Assembly: GCF_009834535.1 (NCBI RefSeq)
Contig: NC_045696.1
Span: forward strand, 76,324,001-76,388,000
Direction: 5' to 3'
DNA from: Camelus ferus
Lineage: Eukaryota
DNA length: 64,000 nt
Shown: positions 63,481 to 64,000 of the stretch, piece by piece
How the letters are laid out: every line of letters begins with the position of its first letter
How positions within the stretch are numbered: position 1 is the stretch's first letter
Notes under the pieces: model-generated
The model's input: only the letters and a program-made list of their open reading frames with translations
Told to the model about the DNA's origin: nothing
The model's database searches: none
Position numbers and translations under genes: made by a program

Positions 63481-64000
63481 CAGCATTCTTGATTTAAAAG
63501 AGAAAGCTGATCCTTTCCTTAATGTTTCTGAGATTCGTAAACATTTTTATTGTTTCAATCAAATGGATTAATTCAAAGAGCTAAATAAATAGATTAACAG
63601 GTTTGATAAGGAAAATGACCTTTTATGGCTGGTTTATAAGAAATTGTGGTTCTCCTTGTGTTTCCTTTCCTGCCTTCAGACATATGCTGTAGACTCTCAG
63701 GCAGTAGGCTGAGCTTCACATGCACAGGACAACACGTGGCTATGATTACACTGTAAGTGGGATTTCCCTGCTCTCTGCAGAGCACGAGTACAATCTAGCA
63801 GTTCAGGGAGCCGTGGGGCTTCTGTCATTTTGCAGCATGCCGTTGGCAGCTCCTCGCTACAAGGCTATCAGTTTAGCTGTTGGGGAAGGTGTGGTAATAA
63901 AAGATGTCGTCTTCCCCTCTCACCATATGGAGCAATTCTACAGAGTGAATGCCCTGCCATTTCACTCACTATTTATAGAGCCACGCTGCTTTCCCCTCCA

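Noticed and set aside
1..64000. CRISPR arrays, operons or prokaryotic defence systems
   Set aside because: The sequence is mammalian; no regularly spaced repeat-spacer array or gene-dense region is present

Overview
Mammalian (eutherian) genomic DNA, AT-rich and repeat-dense, with no recognisable host protein-coding exon, so probably intronic or intergenic. Two tRNA-Ala(AGC)-derived short retroelements resembling the camelid Vic-1 SINE point to a camelid genome; this is an inference. The dominant feature is a full-length, young-looking LINE-1 on the minus strand (about 27907-35023). It has a perfect target-site duplication, a CpG-rich 5'UTR, ORF1, an unusually long inter-ORF spacer of about 400 nt, and ORF2 (EN/RT/CCHC) broken by a few frameshifts. 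An older 5'-truncated L1 lies about 180 bp away. At about 59160-59997 there is a class I ERV env(TM)+PPT+U3/R fragment that ends at a poly(A) signal and an A-rich tail, which looks like an L1-mediated retrocopy of a retroviral mRNA. The rest is ancient MIR, L2, L1M, MLT1, hAT and Tigger debris, plus unique segments with possible enhancer-like motif or palindrome clusters. Repeat subfamily names come from remembered consensus similarity rather than a search, and old-repeat boundaries are approximate. Nearly all short ORFs in the track look spurious. I see no convincing novel biological system; the best leads are the L1 spacer architecture and the env retrocopy.
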